IMG/VR virus record: IMGVR_UViG_3300045988_107309
Direction: 5' to 3' (one strand)
Origin: a virus
DNA length: 64,000 nt
Shown here: in pieces, positions 61,080-64,000 of the stretch
Position numbering within the stretch: the first letter of the stretch is position 1
Layout of the letters: every line of letters starts with the position of its first letter
Translations under genes and position numbers: made by a program
Notes under the pieces: generated by a model
Seen by the model: the letters and a program-made list of their open reading frames with translations, nothing else
What the model was told of the DNA's origin: nothing
Databases searched by the model: none

Positions 61080-61850
61080 ATGACAACAGCAAAAATGAAC
61101 AAGGAACAGATGGTGAAATTCTTAGACGAGCATTTCAAAGAGGTTACTGACAAGAATTTGCAGGAAAGAATCACTTATACCGCAAACGCTTGGAAGAAAG
61201 ACCCGGACAGTGTGAAAATCACTGACCTCAGACCTTTAGTGAAAGAGGTTGAAGCACTGTTACCAAAGGAAGAGTCCAAACCTGCTCCGGCAAATTCAGC
61301 TAAAAAGACCCTCAAAAAGTCTGCAAAGCAGGAAGAGCCTAAGACAGAAGAGACTGCTCCAAAGGAAGAGAAAAAAGCCCCGGCTAAGAAGCCTGTAACC
61401 AAAAAGTCCGAGAAGAAGTCTGCGGTGCAGAAGTCAGAACAGTCTGGAACTGCCATTGATTTAGCAGGTATGTTCAGTGACACAATCACAACAGAGATTG
61501 GAACACTGACAAAAGCACAGGACATTAAGACCTTTGCAGACCTCAGAAAAGCATTAGAGAACGAAGAGGAAGTTTACTTCGCAATCTACTGGACTGAGAG
61601 ACTTCTGAGACAGTTCGACTATGTGGGAACTATTGAAACGGTGAAGAAGCCTAAAAACTTCCCGAATGACTTGGATTTAGTGTCTTGTATCTACCTGTCA
61701 GACGAGGACAAACTCGCTGTAGGTATCTCAAGCTACACTGATATGCCTTATATCATTCAGCCGAAGGATATGACTATCACAGAAGACGGATTCCGCTACA
61801 CAAGCAACATGGAATTTGAACTGTATCGACTGACTGACGCTGTGGAATAA
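61080..61850 (+). CDS. hypothetical protein with a Lys/Glu/Pro-rich central linker
   Basis: 256-aa ORF with a ribosome-binding site. Confidence 0.5.
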   Translation: MTTAKMNKEQMVKFLDEHFKEVTDKNLQERITYTANAWKKDPDSVKITDLRPLVKEVEALLPKEESKPAPANSAKKTLKKSAKQEEPKTEETAPKEEKKAPAKKPVTKKSEKKSAVQKSEQSGTAIDLAGMFSDTITTEIGTLTKAQDIKTFADLRKALENEEEVYFAIYWTERLLRQFDYVGTIETVKKPKNFPNDLDLVSCIYLSDEDKLAVGISSYTDMPYIIQPKDMTITEDGFRYTSNMEFELYRLTDAVE

Positions 61851-61960
61851 CATTCAGTGTTTCAACACTGACTCTGCACACCACACCAGATGTGGTGTGT
61901 GGGAATGAGTGCTGAAAAGTTCTCTAATAAGTGTGTGAAGTTGTAAAGGAGAGTGTTACT

Positions 61961-62401
61961 ATGAGAGGAAACTACATGATTTATCGTTTAGTGAATGACA
62001 AAGGACAAGAAGAGACACTATTTTTCTTGCCGGAGAAAGACACTGATGAAGTTCTGAGAAGAAAGGCTTACAGACTGTTAGAACTCTTAGATTACAAGTC
62101 CAATGGTTATTTAGTGTATGCTGTTGCATACGTTGATAAGGAGACTTATCTCAATGCCAGACTTGACTACAGAGTAAAGGAGTACTGTCAGCTTGACAGA
62201 GACGAGCAGGACACAAGACGTAGAAGACTCGAAATGTCACCAGAGGTTTATGTCCAGACATTAGAAATGATACAGGACATGAAATGGACTACACTGAAAA
62301 CAATATCAATGTGTATAAGAAGACTCATGCGTGAGGACTTTGACATTCATAACGAGATTGGTATTCAGTTGTACGACCAGTACCTACAGGCAATACTTTA
62401 G
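61961..62401 (+). CDS. hypothetical protein
   Basis: ATG 61961 follows AAAGGAGAG. Confidence 0.45.
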   Translation: MRGNYMIYRLVNDKGQEETLFFLPEKDTDEVLRRKAYRLLELLDYKSNGYLVYAVAYVDKETYLNARLDYRVKEYCQLDRDEQDTRRRRLEMSPEVYVQTLEMIQDMKWTTLKTISMCIRRLMREDFDIHNEIGIQLYDQYLQAIL

Positions 62402-62443
62402 TATTGATACACTGCATATCACTAAACAGAGTGGTGTGCAGTA

Positions 62444-62908
62444 ATGAGTACTAAAGAAGTACTCTTCACAGGTGAGTTAGTGTTTAGTGAAAGGAGAATA
62501 CCTATGTCAAGTATAAAAATTAGTCCGAAACATGGAGTGAATCCAACAATTCCAGTGTGTTTCTTCTGTGGTAAACCGAAGAACGAAATTGCACTGATGG
62601 GAAGAATGGGCGGTAAAGAAGACATTGAAGCCCCACGAAATTTAGTGCTTGATTATGAACCTTGTGACGAGTGTAAGGAACATATGTCTAAAGGTGTTGC
62701 TTTAATTGTAGTAAGTGACAGACAGCCAGAGGACAAAAGACCTCCTATAACAGCACAGGGTAATCAGAAAGTATATCCACTTGGAGGAATGTTAGTCATT
62801 AAGTCAGAAGCATTTAGCAATATGACTGGACAGCATTTTGAAGATGGAGACAAGTGCTTTATTGACGAAGAACTTTTTCATAAGTTACAGGAAGGTGCAG
62901 AACAATGA
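62444..62908 (+). CDS. hypothetical Cys-containing protein
   Basis: 154-aa ORF with CFFCG...CDEC. Confidence 0.45.
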   Translation: MSTKEVLFTGELVFSERRIPMSSIKISPKHGVNPTIPVCFFCGKPKNEIALMGRMGGKEDIEAPRNLVLDYEPCDECKEHMSKGVALIVVSDRQPEDKRPPITAQGNQKVYPLGGMLVIKSEAFSNMTGQHFEDGDKCFIDEELFHKLQEGAEQ

Positions 62909-63129
62909 GACCATTCTACTTGAAAGCAGACGTTGACGGAAGAAAGACACCACTTGCAGGAGGACCTGCGAGAAATGATGGCGAAATGGAAATAGAACTC
63001 CGTCAAAAGAATGATGGGGTAAGTGATTTAGCATTTAAAATCACTTGCAGAGCCTATGAAAATGAATTGGTTACAACAGTGTATGACAGTAAAGGTAGAT
63101 TTGTAGCTGACTATTGTACACCGAGGTAA
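62905..63129 (+). CDS. hypothetical protein
   Basis: 74-aa ORF with overlapping start and stop codons. Confidence 0.45.
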   Translation: MRPFYLKADVDGRKTPLAGGPARNDGEMEIELRQKNDGVSDLAFKITCRAYENELVTTVYDSKGRFVADYCTPR

Positions 63130-63262
63130 TATAACACTCCCCAAACCACACACTTTGGTAGTGAACTGACCTTGCCTACAAGAGACCTTGTAGGTGAGAA
63201 TGAGTCCATTACAAAGGCTCAGTAACTAAACACATAAGAGTGAAGAAAAGGAGAGTGTTATT

Positions 63263-63730
63263 ATGTCAAGAATGTTTGATGAAATGCCGGAGGAACTGAA
63301 AAGAATGTTAGGTATCTCCCCCACCGATTTAACCAGTGAGGATAAGGAGTTCGATTATGACAATCCACCTCTGACTTGTGAGGAGATTCCCGACAGTGTT
63401 ATCCCGGCAGAAGCATTGAAGAAATTGGTTGAAGCAAGAAAGCTGATTATTGAAGCGAAGAATATGCTTGGAGACAGAAGCAGTGCAGAGTCCTTTGCAT
63501 TTAAACTGGCAAGCAGTAGTCCTTATGCACAGATTCAGTGGTTGTATATGACTGATGAAGTGCAGGACGCTTTAAAGAGTGTCAACACCTTGTTACATAT
63601 CAATGATACAGGCGAGTGTGGTATCAAGTCTGTTCTTGATGAAGAAGCACATAAGGAAGGTATTCTTGTGAAAGACTATGCAAGGAAACTTCTTCATATG
63701 CACACATTGAATATGCTTCTGGGTCTGTAA
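63263..63730 (+). CDS. hypothetical protein
   Basis: 155-aa ORF with a ribosome-binding site. Confidence 0.45.
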   Translation: MSRMFDEMPEELKRMLGISPTDLTSEDKEFDYDNPPLTCEEIPDSVIPAEALKKLVEARKLIIEAKNMLGDRSSAESFAFKLASSSPYAQIQWLYMTDEVQDALKSVNTLLHINDTGECGIKSVLDEEAHKEGILVKDYARKLLHMHTLNMLLGL

Positions 63731-63832
63731 GACATTGTTTGAGCATTGGACACCACAAGTGTCCAGTGTTCTATAGAGTGGCTTACGCTCTACTACAAAA
63801 GTGTGATAAAGTGATGAAAGGAGTGTTTTAGT

Positions 63833-64000
63833 ATGAAACTGAAACCAGTAAAGAGGAAGGAACTCAAGAAGTCTGTAGAAGTACAGGAGACACCAAAAGA
63901 GCCGAAAGGGAAGAAACCTAATAAACTTCCACCAGACGGTTACACACCTATGTTTCCACCAGTGAGATTTTTGGTGCGTGAGTATGCTTCTTTTAAGAAT
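63833..64000 (+). CDS. hypothetical protein, 3'-truncated by the window edge
   Basis: ATG 63833 follows AAAGGAG (MKLKPVKRKELKK...). The frame is open to the end of the window. Confidence 0.4.
   Translation, partial: MKLKPVKRKELKKSVEVQETPKEPKGKKPNKLPPDGYTPMFPPVRFLVREYASFKN

Overview
The window is about 64 kb of a large contractile-tailed dsDNA phage, and every convincing gene is on the + strand. Strong GGAGG-type ribosome-binding sites, a SpoVS homologue, a CW_7/LysM endolysin and an anaerobic ribonucleotide reductase point to a low-GC anaerobic Firmicute host. No capsid, terminase or lysogeny genes are in the window.

Module order:
- 1-14.9 kb: tail and baseplate genes (sheath, gp19-type tube, a chaperone pair with a slippery heptamer, a 1277-aa tape measure, hub/spike/wedge proteins).
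- 14.9-19.2 kb: fibre genes ending in a diversity-generating retroelement (DGR). A variable region (VR) sits in the last ~35 codons of a 630-aa fibre protein, followed by a template region (TR) and a reverse transcriptase. No Avd accessory gene is recognisable.
- 19.4-22.4 kb: small XkdX-like paralogues, holin and a four-module endolysin.
- 22.5-46 kb: replication and recombination genes (SF2 helicase, DnaC-like loader, DnaB-like helicase, primase, HU, family A polymerase, dUTPase, RecA-like protein, nucleases, UvrD-like helicase, a frameshifted ThyX, a Spo11/TopoVI-A-like protein).
- 46-57 kb: nucleotide metabolism and accessory genes (NrdD and NrdG, SpoVS-like protein, tandem DUF2829/Tad2-like protein, a FolE-QueD-QueE-QueC-DpdA 7-deazaguanine DNA-modification cluster interrupted by an HNH-AP2 endonuclease and tiny basic ORFs).
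- 57-64 kb: small genes of unknown function separated by repeat-rich and hairpin-rich non-coding DNA (a CTATATAG palindrome array and an iteron-like region).

All functional calls come from motifs read by eye in the supplied translations. No database search was run.
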